Part shown: positions 1 through 9,662 of the stretch, piece after piece | Position numbering within the stretch: the first letter of the stretch is position 1 | Layout of the letters: each line of letters starts with the position of its first letter | DNA from: Candidatus Latescibacterota bacterium | GTDB lineage: Bacteria; Latescibacterota; UBA2968; UBA8231 | Reading direction: 5' to 3' | NCBI GenBank assembly: GCA_963422735.1 | Contig: OY730476.1 | Location: forward strand, 4,448,001 to 4,512,000 | Length of the DNA: 64,000 nucleotides | Position numbers and translations under genes: made by a program | Notes under the pieces: generated by a model | The model's database searches: none | The model's input: only the letters and a program-made list of their open reading frames with translations | Told to the model about the DNA's origin: nothing

Positions 1-453
1 CTCGAACGCGAGTGTCGCGCCCTGCGCTTCGGCGATCGCGACGGCTTCCTCCACAGCCGCGACCATCTCGGCCCATGCGGCCGGCGTGTTGTTGTCGGGA
101 TGGCCGCCCCACAGCGAGTCGGGATTGCGCGTACCCGTGCAGGAAGTGATCAGTTCGGTTCCCAACTTGCCACTCGCAGCGGCTAGCGCGGCGAGCCAGC
201 ACATCCCAGCGCGGCGCTTTTCCAAGTCGGGGTCGATAATATTGAAGGTCCCCGACAGCGCGGCGATCTCAATACCCCGCGTTGCGTGTGCAGCACGAAT
301 GCGCTCGCAATCGACATCCGTCAGGGCCGCCGGATCGATGCCCGCGGCCGTCAAATCGAGTTGCACGGCCTCCAAGCCGGCGGCCTGCACCCCGTCGAGG
401 CTCTCCTCCAGCGTCGGCCGCGCAAAGACCTTGTGGAAAATCCCTAGCTTCAT
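1..453 (-). CDS. Sugar phosphate isomerase/epimerase (xylose isomerase-like TIM barrel), runs off window start
   Basis: Not in the ORF track. Manual translation from the ATG at 453 gives MKLGIFHKVFARPTLEESLDGVQAAGLEAVQL...ALSGTFNIIDPD...ITSCTG...AEAQGATLAFE. It overlaps the upstream stop as ATGA. Confidence 0.85.
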   Translation of the reverse strand, partial: MKLGIFHKVFARPTLEESLDGVQAAGLEAVQLDLTAAGIDPAALTDVDCERIRAAHATRGIEIAALSGTFNIIDPDLEKRRAGMCWLAALAAASGKLGTELITSCTGTRNPDSLWGGHPDNNTPAAWAEMVAAVEEAVAIAEAQGATLAFE

Positions 454-760
454 TTTGCCTCTCCCCAGCTCCGACCGACCCCCGCTTCGACGCGGATCGG
501 CACGCGAAACGGCCGGCCCTTTGCGTCCGCCACGGGCGACTCCATGATCGACGCGATAAGATCGGCATATTCGCAAGCTTTGTCCCGAGGCGCTTCGAAG
601 AGCAATTCGTCATGGACCTGCACGAGCATTCGCGTTTCCGGTGGGAACATGTTGTCTAAGCCTTGCGGCAGATGTCCGCGGCAGTGCCTTGGATCATTGA
701 GTTGAAAGCAGTTCGGACGTTGCCTTCAGGGAATCTCCGCCGCATGTCCGTGCCGGCTCG
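450..760 (-). pseudogene. Family A DNA polymerase C-terminal fragment, frameshifted
   Basis: 450-650 encodes motif C, QVHDELLFE...VEAGVGRSWGEAK. In another frame just upstream: RRRFPEGNVRTAFNSMIQGTAADICRKA*. No N-terminal domains. The 5' boundary is approximate. Confidence 0.8.
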
Positions 761-955
761 TATAAGCGAGCACATCCTTGCGGATCTGCCGCACGTTTTG
801 TCGAGAATCGCCAACCTCGTCTTTTTGCCCAATGACCAGCCACACTAAAAAGCCGCGGAATTTCCCTTCGTCGGTCATGGGACACCTCGTGGTGAGGTTT
901 GCGCCCAGTACTGTATCCCCCAATGAAGCCAAGGCAAGGATCATCTAAAATGTTA

Positions 956-986
956 TTGACACCGCGCGGCAGGCCCCATAAATAAT
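956..986 (+). promoter_or_regulatory. Possible sigma70-type promoter for the 1041 gene
   Basis: TTGACA at 956-961 and AT-rich TAAATAAT about 17 bp downstream; TAAGGAG RBS before the start codon. Confidence 0.45.
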
Positions 987-1040
987 AAGGCCGTTAAGGC
1001 CCCCAATTGTTCTTGGATTACACGAGCGAAAAATTAAGGA

Positions 1041-1610
1041 GTGAACATGACTGCAGCGCGCGAACAACTCGTCTTTTCCGATGCGTTCGACGGTGCTCTT
1101 GATCCCGAGTGGACTTGGCTGCGCGAACATCCCGGCTTTTGGCGCTTGCAGGACGGACTGGAAATTCGCGTCCAACCAGGCGTGGCCGCTACCGTGCAAA
1201 ACGCGCTTTTGCGCCCGGCCCCGAATCGCAGCGAAGGGGCCTGGGCCATAGAAGTGACGGTGTACAACCACACCTACCCCATCCAGCAGTACGAGCAGGC
1301 CGGCATCACTTGGTACCAAAACGGCAAGCCGATCTTCAAGCAAGTCAAGGAACTGATCGACGGCGATCTCTACATTATTCCCGGCCGCAAGGCCATGCTC
1401 ACACAGAGTGTGCGTCTGCGCCTTATTGTCACCGCCGACTCTTGGGAAGCCCGGTACCGGCCCGAGGGCAAGGACCAATTCCACACCGCGGATCGGGGCG
1501 AATTGCCCCCGCCCGGCGACGATCAAGTCAGCATCCAGTGCTACAACGGCCCCGAGAACGCCGAACACTGGATCCGCTTTCGGGACTTTCAGATCAAAAG
1601 ACTAGGCTGA
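1041..1610 (+). CDS. Concanavalin-like beta-sandwich protein (DUF1349 / GH43 C-domain-like)
   Basis: DAFDGALDPEWTWLRE...QYEQAGI pattern; RBS present. Confidence 0.6.
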   Translation: MNMTAAREQLVFSDAFDGALDPEWTWLREHPGFWRLQDGLEIRVQPGVAATVQNALLRPAPNRSEGAWAIEVTVYNHTYPIQQYEQAGITWYQNGKPIFKQVKELIDGDLYIIPGRKAMLTQSVRLRLIVTADSWEARYRPEGKDQFHTADRGELPPPGDDQVSIQCYNGPENAEHWIRFRDFQIKRLG

Positions 1611-1622
1611 CGCCCGCACCTG

Positions 1623-2714
1623 CTAGCGAAACCAGTCGTAATTCAACCCCAACGACCGATCCTGCAACGGCAACCCCACCCGCTCCCCTCCCTGCGCCGC
1701 AGAAACCTTCAACGCTACCTCCACCTCCAACGCTACTCCCACTCGCCGCCCCGAATTCTTCGGCTCCTCCATTTCCCCGGCCAAACACTGCATCACGTCA
1801 TCCACGCAATACACTGCCCCATACGGCACATTGAACTGTGGCGGCGGCCAATCCAGCTCCGCCCCTGTCGGCCCCTGTGGCCCTTCCACCTGCTGCCACA
1901 ACCGCCATCTCTTGCCGTAGTCGAAGACCATCTCCCCGCGCTCGCCGCACAACCGCACCCCCGGTGCTCCCTTGCGGAAATGCACCACCGTCCCGTCCGC
2001 AGCCACTAACATCCCCTGACCGACAAACTCGTCGCTGCCCGATTCCCGCTGTAGCTGATCCCCCGTGCCGACCACCCAAGCCGGAGGCGCGTCGAGGAAG
2101 TACGACCAGTTCTGATGCTGCGCCCCAGCGCTCGGAGCCTCGATCGACACCAGCTCGCCAATCGCCCCTTCTATCAGCAGCGCCTTGGCCCGCGCAAACG
2201 AAGGATGGGTCGTGGTAATCGCCCCGCAGCATAGGGGCACCCCCGCCCCAGCGCAGGTACCCACCATCCGATCAACCTCTTCTAATGTATGCGCCATCGG
2301 CTTTTCGGTGACGATGCCCTTGGCTCCGCACTCAACGGCCAGACAGGTAAAATGCGCACGGTATTTGGTATTGGTACACACCGCGACGATAGCCGGCCGC
2401 TCCTTTTGCAGCATGGCCTCGGCGTCCTCGTAGAGTGCCTCGAGCCCATAGCGCTCGCCATAGGCTTTAAGCCGCTTGGGGTCGCGGTCGGCGGCGATGA
2501 CCGTTTTCACCTCGGGCCGATCCCACAGCGCCTCGGCATACGAGGTGGGGTTGCCCTCGTCGCCGGGGTGGTCGTAGTGGTGGAATGTGCGATGGATGTC
2601 CAAAGGCGGCGTGGGCCGGTCGATATCGTCGATGTCAAAGCGATCCCCAATCCGGCTGGCCAAATCGTAGAGTAGGCCCATCCAGCCTAGGCCGATAACT
2701 GCGGCGCGGTACAT
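1623..2714 (-). CDS. Gfo/Idh/MocA family oxidoreductase
   Basis: RAAVIGLGWMG Rossmann motif and TEKPMA motif. Confidence 0.9.
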   Translation of the reverse strand: MYRAAVIGLGWMGLLYDLASRIGDRFDIDDIDRPTPPLDIHRTFHHYDHPGDEGNPTSYAEALWDRPEVKTVIAADRDPKRLKAYGERYGLEALYEDAEAMLQKERPAIVAVCTNTKYRAHFTCLAVECGAKGIVTEKPMAHTLEEVDRMVGTCAGAGVPLCCGAITTTHPSFARAKALLIEGAIGELVSIEAPSAGAQHQNWSYFLDAPPAWVVGTGDQLQRESGSDEFVGQGMLVAADGTVVHFRKGAPGVRLCGERGEMVFDYGKRWRLWQQVEGPQGPTGAELDWPPPQFNVPYGAVYCVDDVMQCLAGEMEEPKNSGRRVGVALEVEVALKVSAAQGGERVGLPLQDRSLGLNYDWFR

Positions 2715-2738
2715 GAGCAATCTCCTTTATAGTCGAAA

Positions 2739-3587
2739 TCAATCGGCCCGCAACACCGCGTTGTGCGCGGCCAGATCCCAAGTCTCGTTGTACACCAGCG
2801 GCTGGGCCCGTGCGGGCGGATGGCCGGAGGGCTGATTATTGGAATTGAGCAGCTCCAGCCGATCGCGGCCTCGGGGCGCGTCGAGCCACGCCCGCTCCTC
2901 GGGTGCTGCTTGCACCGGACGCCGCAAAATAAACTCCACCCGGTCGCGGCGCGAGAAGGCCGCATGGGCGACGAAGACCCGATGCAAGTCGCGTCCATCC
3001 CAAGTCCCCAAATCCGGCAGCAGTACCGGGCCGGTGCAGACTTGGTATTGGCCATCGGCCGCGTTGAGATTCATGACGTTGATCGGATATTCGAGTTCGA
3101 CCTCAATACCACTCGCCGCGTCTTGGTACACCGAGCGGGCGTTTTGTGCATCGCCGGCAAAGGTCGAGGCCACAATCGCGTCGGCTTCTTCCAGCGCCTC
3201 GGATGCAGGATAGGAGCGGATGTCGATGGTATAATCCTGATACGCATCCGCTAGTGGGCGCGCGCTGCTCACTTCGGGCTCCGTGCTCGGTCGCTGGGCA
3301 ATCGCCGGAATCGAGGAGTGGCTAAAGGCCATCCGCCACTCGCCGCTGGGGATCTGGAACAGGTTTTCGCTGGCAATGGTGTATTCGCTGCGGCAAGGTG
3401 CGCCCAGAAAGAGTTCGGCCAACTCGGCTCCACCGCTGTCGCGCAAAACACAACGGGCCTCTAAGGTGAAACGCACGTGATAGACCTGACCGTGCTCGCC
3501 GACAAAGCCGCCGGGCCACTTGTAATAAGGGTCCGGCTTCGCCGGATGGGCCTCCCACGCAAAGGATGAACGGGGGAAATTGATCAT
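2739..3587 (-). CDS. Hypothetical protein
   Basis: 282-aa ORF with a GGAG RBS, co-oriented with the oxidoreductase; no family recognised. Confidence 0.7.
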   Translation of the reverse strand: MINFPRSSFAWEAHPAKPDPYYKWPGGFVGEHGQVYHVRFTLEARCVLRDSGGAELAELFLGAPCRSEYTIASENLFQIPSGEWRMAFSHSSIPAIAQRPSTEPEVSSARPLADAYQDYTIDIRSYPASEALEEADAIVASTFAGDAQNARSVYQDAASGIEVELEYPINVMNLNAADGQYQVCTGPVLLPDLGTWDGRDLHRVFVAHAAFSRRDRVEFILRRPVQAAPEERAWLDAPRGRDRLELLNSNNQPSGHPPARAQPLVYNETWDLAAHNAVLRAD

Positions 3588-3658
3588 CGCCGTCTCCTGC
3601 CGGGCGACTTGCCCCGGCCGCTATAGGTTCACATATTACTGCGCCAGATTTTGTAGTA

Positions 3659-3854
3659 CGGAATTTCCTAGTGTACGGTTGGGGATTCAGGTTTCATGTA
3701 GGCGGTATCACTCGGCCTGCCCGTAGCCCTCGTCCGGGCCAGCGCGGTCCCCCGCGTCGATGTTCCGGGGCGGTCCCCGCCTCCAAGGGGGCGGATGGGA
3801 CGGACCACGGACCACGGACCACTGATTAAACAGTCCTTATTCTAGGAAAGTCCG
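3659..3854. mobile_element. MITE copy 1 (IS1595/ISNha5-like ends)
   Basis: TIRs CGGAATTTCCTAG / CTAGGAAAGTCCG; flanks TTGTAGTA / TTGTAATA (7/8 match); near-identical to 11775-11983. Confidence 0.85.
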
Positions 3855-3928
3855 TTGTAATATTAAAAAGCATCATTAGGTACAAAATGCCTTTTTCACT
3901 CTCACATTAATAGCCCAAGGAGAATTCC

Positions 3929-4519
3929 ATGACTCGCCCTAATGCGTTCCACTTCGCATGGGTTGCCGCCCTGACGTTCGCCCTTACCGCCGAGGCGACC
4001 TTGGCGGAAACTTACGTGGTCGATGCTGCACACTCTTCGGTCGATTTCAGCATTCGCCATCTCGTCGGCCGCACAAAGGGCCGTTTCGGCGACTTCAGCG
4101 GCACCATCGGCTACGACGCCACCCAGCCCGCAGCCTCCAGCCTCTCCGGCACTATTCAAGTCAAAAGCATCGACACCGGCAACAAACGCCGCGATGGCCA
4201 CCTGAAAAATGCCGACTTCTTCGATGCCGAAACCTATCCCACTATCACCTTCGAATCTACAGAGGTGACCAGCACGGGCGAAAACACCCTCAGCGTGAAG
4301 GGCAAGCTGACCATGCACGGCACCACCAAAGAGGTCACCCTGCCCGTCGAGATCCTCGGCACCGGCACCAATCCGCGGAGTGAAAAGGCGCAGATCGGCC
4401 TAGAAACGAATTTTTCTATACTCTGCTCCGATTACGGAGTCAATAGCTGGGCACGCTTTAGCGCCGTTCTCGGAGACGAAGTAAAAATTCAGGTGTTGAT
4501 CGAGGCCAACGCAGAGTAA
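3929..4519 (+). CDS. YceI family periplasmic lipid/polyisoprenoid-binding protein
   Basis: Signal peptide; YVVDAAHSSVDF, SIDTGNKRRDGHLKNADFFDAETYPTITFES and GKLTMHG motifs. Confidence 0.92.
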   Translation: MTRPNAFHFAWVAALTFALTAEATLAETYVVDAAHSSVDFSIRHLVGRTKGRFGDFSGTIGYDATQPAASSLSGTIQVKSIDTGNKRRDGHLKNADFFDAETYPTITFESTEVTSTGENTLSVKGKLTMHGTTKEVTLPVEILGTGTNPRSEKAQIGLETNFSILCSDYGVNSWARFSAVLGDEVKIQVLIEANAE

Positions 4520-4530
4520 ATCGGAATCAG

Positions 4531-5484
4531 CTAGCCGCGGCCGAACCAGTCGGCCATCCATTCAAAGTACTCGACGAGGAAGGCGTGATTCCCTTCTGGC
4601 TGGCGGACCTCGAAGTGCTCTGGACAGCCCGCCTCTGCATACGCTTGGGAGACGACCGGGATCATATCTTCGACTCCTTCTCGGGGCATGTCTTCGTCCC
4701 GGGTCGGGGCAATCAGGCCGCGACGATTGCGGCGTGGTCGAAATGGCGCAGTAGAAGGGGAATAAAATAATAGGCGCTGTGGCGATCGGCGGCGTGGTGG
4801 ATTACCCGCGCCATGCTGCCCACCCCGGCACAAATCCACGGGGCGCACGCAATCGCGTACCAAGTCGCATTGCCGCCCAGCGACATCCCGGTCAACCCGA
4901 TCCTTGGGGTGGCGGCCAAAAGCCGCGCCCCTTTGAGGGCCTCCTCAACCAATACGCCCATCTGGGCGCGACCATAAGGTGCCAGTAGCTTACTTTCGGT
5001 CGCCCACTCTTCGAGACTGCTGCGCCGCATCTGACACCCTTTGGGGGAAATGGCCCGTTGCAAAGCCCCGGCGCGCCAATTTGCAAGCCCAGCCCATTAG
5101 CCTCTGCTCTAGGCAAAAGCGCGGGTGGGCGATCTCTTCGGCCGTCCCTCCAGTGCCGGGGACGCAGACAATACCAGGCCATTTGCGCGCCGGTTCTTCC
5201 TGCGGCATCGCGAGGATTCCCGGCACGGTCTCACCCAGCGAATTCTCGTATCTCACCTGTATAGTGCAAAGGCTGTCCTCCTCTTGCCGACTCTCTGTGC
5301 TATAGTCGATCGCGGCGGGAATCTCTTCTAAACCGAGCAATTCCACGAGCTTCGAGCGCACAGCAGAGGGGGGATCTCGTCGAGGTAGGCCGGACGGATG
5401 CCCTTGGGAATAATGGAGCGCATGGTCGATTTCCTTGGGGGTTATGGGGATGTGAGCCGCGAAGTTGATGTGAACGCCTGTCAA
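4531..5484 (-). pseudogene. Alpha/beta hydrolase (dienelactone hydrolase / acetylxylan esterase-like), split over three frames
   Basis: Fragments 4990-5484 (GETVPGILAMP..PGIVCVPG), 4713-5063 (IGLTGMSLGG nucleophile elbow) and 4531-4863 (GNHAF). Confidence 0.8.
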
Positions 5485-5544
5485 TCGCTATGCTCATTCT
5501 TTTTGCATACATTGAGCGGCCCGAGGAAACTTGAGGAGCAAACT

Positions 5545-6363
5545 ATGATCAAACTGAGCACAATGGCCCGCCAGACCTTCACTACCACGATTGAGCAGGT
5601 CGTTGAACAAGCCCGCCTTTTGCAGCTAGACGGCGTGGATTTCCATTTGTCGGGCATGGACCGCAGAGTCAAGTATATCAACCACATCAAGAGCCTCTGT
5701 CTCAAACGCGGCTTGAACATTGGCTATGCTGGAGCCGGCAGCTTTGTAGGGCCGGCCGAAGAGCGGGCCGTGCGTTTGCAGCAGGGTCGCGCCGACGTCG
5801 ATACTGCAGCTTTGTTAGGAGCGCAGGTGCTGCGCGTTTTCGCGCGCCACAAGTGGCCGAGTACCGTCGAGGAACAAGAGGCCCTGTGGCACCCGATGAT
5901 CGAGGATTTTCAGGCTATTGCCGACTATGCGGCCCAACGCGGGGTAATGGTGGCCTTGCAGAACCACGACAACGGCAGCTTCGCTATGACTGCGGACCAA
6001 GTGTTGCGCATCCTGCGCGAGACCGAGCGCGACAATTTCAGTTTTCTATTGGATACCGGGCAGTGGCTAGGGGCCATTGGCTCGCATCCGCGCGGCGAGT
6101 TTGATCCGCAGGTCGATTTGTACAAAGACTATTTGGAGCCGACCGCGCCTTTTGCCACGTACGTGCGGGCCAAGATCTACAAGATCGACAGCGGCATTGA
6201 GGAGTTTATCGACTACAGACGCGTGTTAGAAATTCTGCGCGGGGTGGATTTCAACGGCACGATCGGCCTAGTCTTTGAACTAGGCGAGTTCAACAGTTGC
6301 AGCCAAGAGGAATGCATGCGCTTGGCCGTGGCCCATTTGCGCCAAGTGATCGCCGCGAGCTGA
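5545..6363 (+). CDS. Sugar phosphate isomerase/epimerase
   Basis: VALQNH, LLDTG and IDYRRVLEIL...FNG motifs; RBS GAGGAG before ATG 5545. Confidence 0.88.
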   Translation: MIKLSTMARQTFTTTIEQVVEQARLLQLDGVDFHLSGMDRRVKYINHIKSLCLKRGLNIGYAGAGSFVGPAEERAVRLQQGRADVDTAALLGAQVLRVFARHKWPSTVEEQEALWHPMIEDFQAIADYAAQRGVMVALQNHDNGSFAMTADQVLRILRETERDNFSFLLDTGQWLGAIGSHPRGEFDPQVDLYKDYLEPTAPFATYVRAKIYKIDSGIEEFIDYRRVLEILRGVDFNGTIGLVFELGEFNSCSQEECMRLAVAHLRQVIAAS

Positions 6364-6451
6364 TGTAGCATTTCGTCCCTATTCGTGCGCCGCTGACCTT
6401 ATTGTCTTATCTTCGTTGGGCCAACCAGCCAAAGCCGATAAAGGAACAGCC

Positions 6452-7324
6452 ATGTCCGCACTTGATCCCAGTGCCGCCAAGCCCCTCCTCTTTCAACAGA
6501 GCCGCGTCGGCTATGTCGATATAGACGCGGTTGACCTACCCCGGACCAACGCCGCCGGCAAGCCGGTAATTGATCCGACGCCGGAACAGAGGTACTTGTT
6601 CGATACTCAGGGTTGGCTGTTGATACCCGGTCTGCTCAGCGACGGCGAGGTGGAGGAGATGCGGGCCTTTTGCCACCGCTTGCACCAAGCGCCTGAATCG
6701 CTGCCGGAGCCGCAGCGTAGCCCTATTGGTGGCCCTTTGGAAGAATTGACCGACCACCCCTTTATCGTCGGTTTTATGAACGAATTCCTCGCCAATCCCG
6801 ACCTGTCGAGTCAGGACTGCTACGGTTTTCGCATGGAATCAACCAGCCTATGTATGCGTCAGACCGGGGAAGGGGGCTTTGGGCCCCACAACGGCAATGG
6901 CCTGTGGCGCCTGCCCGGCGACGGGCACAACTACCATTGCGTGCCCGGCAAGGTGCGCAGCAGCTTGACTTGCGTGGTGTGGGAATTGAACGAGGTCGAG
7001 GCCAGTGGCGGCGGCACCCTGTTCATCAGCGGCAGCCACAAGGCCGCCTTCCCCCTGCCCGTCGGAGTCCAAAGGCTCGATTCGGACCTTTGGACTCAAT
7101 ACGCGTGTCCGGCCGGCTCCCTGCTCATTTTCGCAGAGAGCACCACCCACACCGCTTTCCCGTGGGGCAGCACTAGGCACGAGCGCTGTGCCATCTTCAG
7201 TCGCTACAATTACGTCGATAGCAAATGGCATAAGTGGCAGCCCCACCCCCAAGCACTCGAAGCCATGCCGCCCAAGCGCCGCACGCTCTTTCGGCCCGTC
7301 CATGTCGAAGGCAATCTGATATAG
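6452..7324 (+). CDS. PhyH-family Fe(II)/2OG dioxygenase (HxG variant)
   Basis: QRYLFDTQGW, ISGSHKA and AGSLLIFAESTTH motifs. Confidence 0.85.
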   Translation: MSALDPSAAKPLLFQQSRVGYVDIDAVDLPRTNAAGKPVIDPTPEQRYLFDTQGWLLIPGLLSDGEVEEMRAFCHRLHQAPESLPEPQRSPIGGPLEELTDHPFIVGFMNEFLANPDLSSQDCYGFRMESTSLCMRQTGEGGFGPHNGNGLWRLPGDGHNYHCVPGKVRSSLTCVVWELNEVEASGGGTLFISGSHKAAFPLPVGVQRLDSDLWTQYACPAGSLLIFAESTTHTAFPWGSTRHERCAIFSRYNYVDSKWHKWQPHPQALEAMPPKRRTLFRPVHVEGNLI

Positions 7325-7372
7325 TACGCGAATCAATTGGCTTCGATCTGGCTGGCTCAAACGAGTACATAG

Positions 7373-7789
7373 CTAGTGGTCATCGCCCGAGTAAATCCAC
7401 ATAGATTGAGCTTCACCAGCCCGTTCAAAACCGAGCTTCTTGTAGAAGTTGATCGCCTCGCCATCCGCAATCAGTATGTGCTGATGAAAGCCTTCATACA
7501 TCGACATGAGTCTTCTCATTAATGCCGATCCAATTCCCCGTCTTTGATAGTCTGGATGAACCAGCAAATGGGGATAGTACACAACTAAATGACCATCAGA
7601 GATCGCATTGCCTAATCCGCTCAGACGATCTCTATCCCAGGCAGTCCATAGCGAATATGAGTTTAGTAGGCCGTTGCGAAGCTCAGTCGGTTTTGCGGCC
7701 GCTGACCAACCATTCGCTACATACAGTTCCCGTATGGCTTCCGGCGAAATATTCCGCGTGTCGCTATAGAAAATTACTGCGCTAGTCAT
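7373..7789 (-). CDS. GNAT family acetyltransferase
   Basis: VHPDYQRRGIG acetyl-CoA motif and FYKKLGF. Confidence 0.92.
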   Translation of the reverse strand: MTSAVIFYSDTRNISPEAIRELYVANGWSAAAKPTELRNGLLNSYSLWTAWDRDRLSGLGNAISDGHLVVYYPHLLVHPDYQRRGIGSALMRRLMSMYEGFHQHILIADGEAINFYKKLGFERAGEAQSMWIYSGDDH

Positions 7790-8088
7790 AGGTCTCCCTC
7801 GTAAACACCCACATAGTGTTCCACTTCGGGAGATGGGTCGTAAAAGTGATGTAACAGCCTACGCCATTCTTGGTACCGTTCAGACTCTCTGAACCCAACA
7901 GTATGATCTTCAAGCGTTTGCCAGTTTACCAGAAGAATGTAGCGTTTGCCTTTTTCAATACACTTCTGTAGCTGATGGGAAACGTAGCCATCCATACTTG
8001 AGATGATCTTTTGCGCCTCGCCAAAAGTAGCTTCAAACTCCTTCGCACGACCGGGTTTAACGTCCAGTATTGCGACCTCTAGAATCAT
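7786..8088 (-). CDS. Antibiotic biosynthesis monooxygenase (ABM) family protein
   Basis: MILEVAILDVKPG...WQTLEDHTVGFRES pattern. Confidence 0.9.
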   Translation of the reverse strand: MILEVAILDVKPGRAKEFEATFGEAQKIISSMDGYVSHQLQKCIEKGKRYILLVNWQTLEDHTVGFRESERYQEWRRLLHHFYDPSPEVEHYVGVYEGDL

Positions 8089-8149
8089 TGTTTAGCTCTG
8101 GGATTTCGCTGAAATGATTTCGACAGAAGCATAGCGTTGCACCGCTTCG

Positions 8150-8440
8150 AACTTTCCTGGCGACTATCTCGCCCCACGCTTCTGCCGCAAACGCCTCTGG
8201 CATCTCTCCCCACATGAGGAATGTGGACTTTAGTTGGGCCAAAACCCATTTGTCCGCTAGCCCGTATTCCACAAGCTGATCAGAGAATTCAGAGTCGCCG
8301 CACAACTCCGAGAGAAAATGAGCGTTTCTCCGCGTGGAGTATGCATACGACGCGGAAACCTTGAGGCTCTCGAACCTTGCCTTGCGGAATAGTCCCGGCT
8401 GGCGACGTCCGCAGTACGGATCCCCACCATTTCGTTGCAT
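8150..8440 (-). pseudogene. C-terminal remnant of a class I SAM methyltransferase
   Basis: NGGDPYCGRR...ARF...WGEMPEAFAAEAWGEIVARK resembles UbiE-like MTase C-termini. No N-terminus; boundaries approximate. Confidence 0.5.
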
Positions 8441-8527
8441 TAGCTGGATAACAACAGAATGCCGATTCATTTGTCTTATGCTTATTGGTGCAGGCAATTG
8501 ACGGCGCAGCTTGTCCGCATCTTTTCG

Positions 8528-9232
8528 TTAGCCAATTTCTGTCGGCACCATGCAACCGTAGTAAAAGAACTGTCCGGTTCTTCCAACTGAGCCACTCCAG
8601 CCAAGATCGCGTAATTGCCGTTCCAATTGCTCCGGATCGTGGAATACTTTTACGATGTTAAAAATCCGACCATCGTTCAGCTTCCTTTCCACTACGCCGG
8701 AATCGTCGATTGCAGCGTGATCTCGTTGCGTTGCCAGACCATCTATAAAAAAAGCGCTACCTCCCGGCTTTAGGGCGGCGCGAATCATCTCCCAGAACCG
8801 ATCGAATTGCTGTGCCGGAACATGCGACAGCCAAAAACCAAAAAAGACAAAATCATACTTTTCGGTTGGCCACCACTCGAAAAGGTCTGCCACTACATAC
8901 CGCACAGAAGCATTACCGGTCTTGGTGCGATTGATCTCAATCGTCTCGGGAGAAGCATCTATAGCCGTCAGGCCAGCGGCATCGTGCGCCAGACATGCTG
9001 TCCACAATCCCGTACCGCAAGCAAGCTCAAGACACTTGCCGAACGGCCTCTCCCGCTCAAGTGCCGATCGCAAAATGCCCAATTCTGCACGCCATTGGGT
9101 GTTGCGCTCGTCGCCCTGGTCGTATCGCCCTTGGCGCAAATGCCACTCGTCATACTCGGCAGCTCGCGCCCGGTAATAGGCGGCTTGTTCCTTCAGAATT
9201 GATTTGTCAGCCGACTTTTTGTCGAAGTTCAA
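8528..9232 (-). CDS. Class I SAM-dependent methyltransferase
   Basis: LELACGTG motif I, FWLSHVP and ALKPGG. Confidence 0.9.
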   Translation of the reverse strand: MNFDKKSADKSILKEQAAYYRARAAEYDEWHLRQGRYDQGDERNTQWRAELGILRSALERERPFGKCLELACGTGLWTACLAHDAAGLTAIDASPETIEINRTKTGNASVRYVVADLFEWWPTEKYDFVFFGFWLSHVPAQQFDRFWEMIRAALKPGGSAFFIDGLATQRDHAAIDDSGVVERKLNDGRIFNIVKVFHDPEQLERQLRDLGWSGSVGRTGQFFYYGCMVPTEIG

Positions 9233-9662
9233 AATTTCCTACTCGTTTGCGATTCAATCTCCAGTGGCTGCTTGATCCGCCTCTCTAGTTCCAGCAGATC
9301 CAATCGACCGTCCGGCACATCCTTTTCCATAGTTCCATCTCTGCCGGCGTCCGCGACACCTGAATACCGTCCTTTGAAATGGCCATGCGAGAATGTGTAA
9401 TACGTCCCTCGCCGATAACCTGAAAAAGTGCTGCCGCATCGCCTCTAGCACCTCCGACCGATCCACCACATTATACGCTGGACTTGCTCCGTCTCCCCCT
9501 ACACCTGCCAGCGAACCGGGCATCCACAAAAAACAGAGGGCGGTTGCGAGCCTTAAACTCCAATGGGTTGCAAGCTTGTCATAACCTATATCCCGTCTGC
9601 ATAAAAGGTTCGATCTATGGGCCTTTGGACGCGCAGAGCGTCAAAACGACATGGCAAGATTC

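Noticed and set aside
7373-9232. Integron cassette array
   Set aside because: GNAT and ABM overlap (ATGA); the GGCTAAC at the 8528 gene end has no convincing GTTRRRY partner; no integrase.
9254-9600. Short ORFs upstream of the methyltransferase
   Set aside because: No recognisable motif or RBS; probably degraded sequence.
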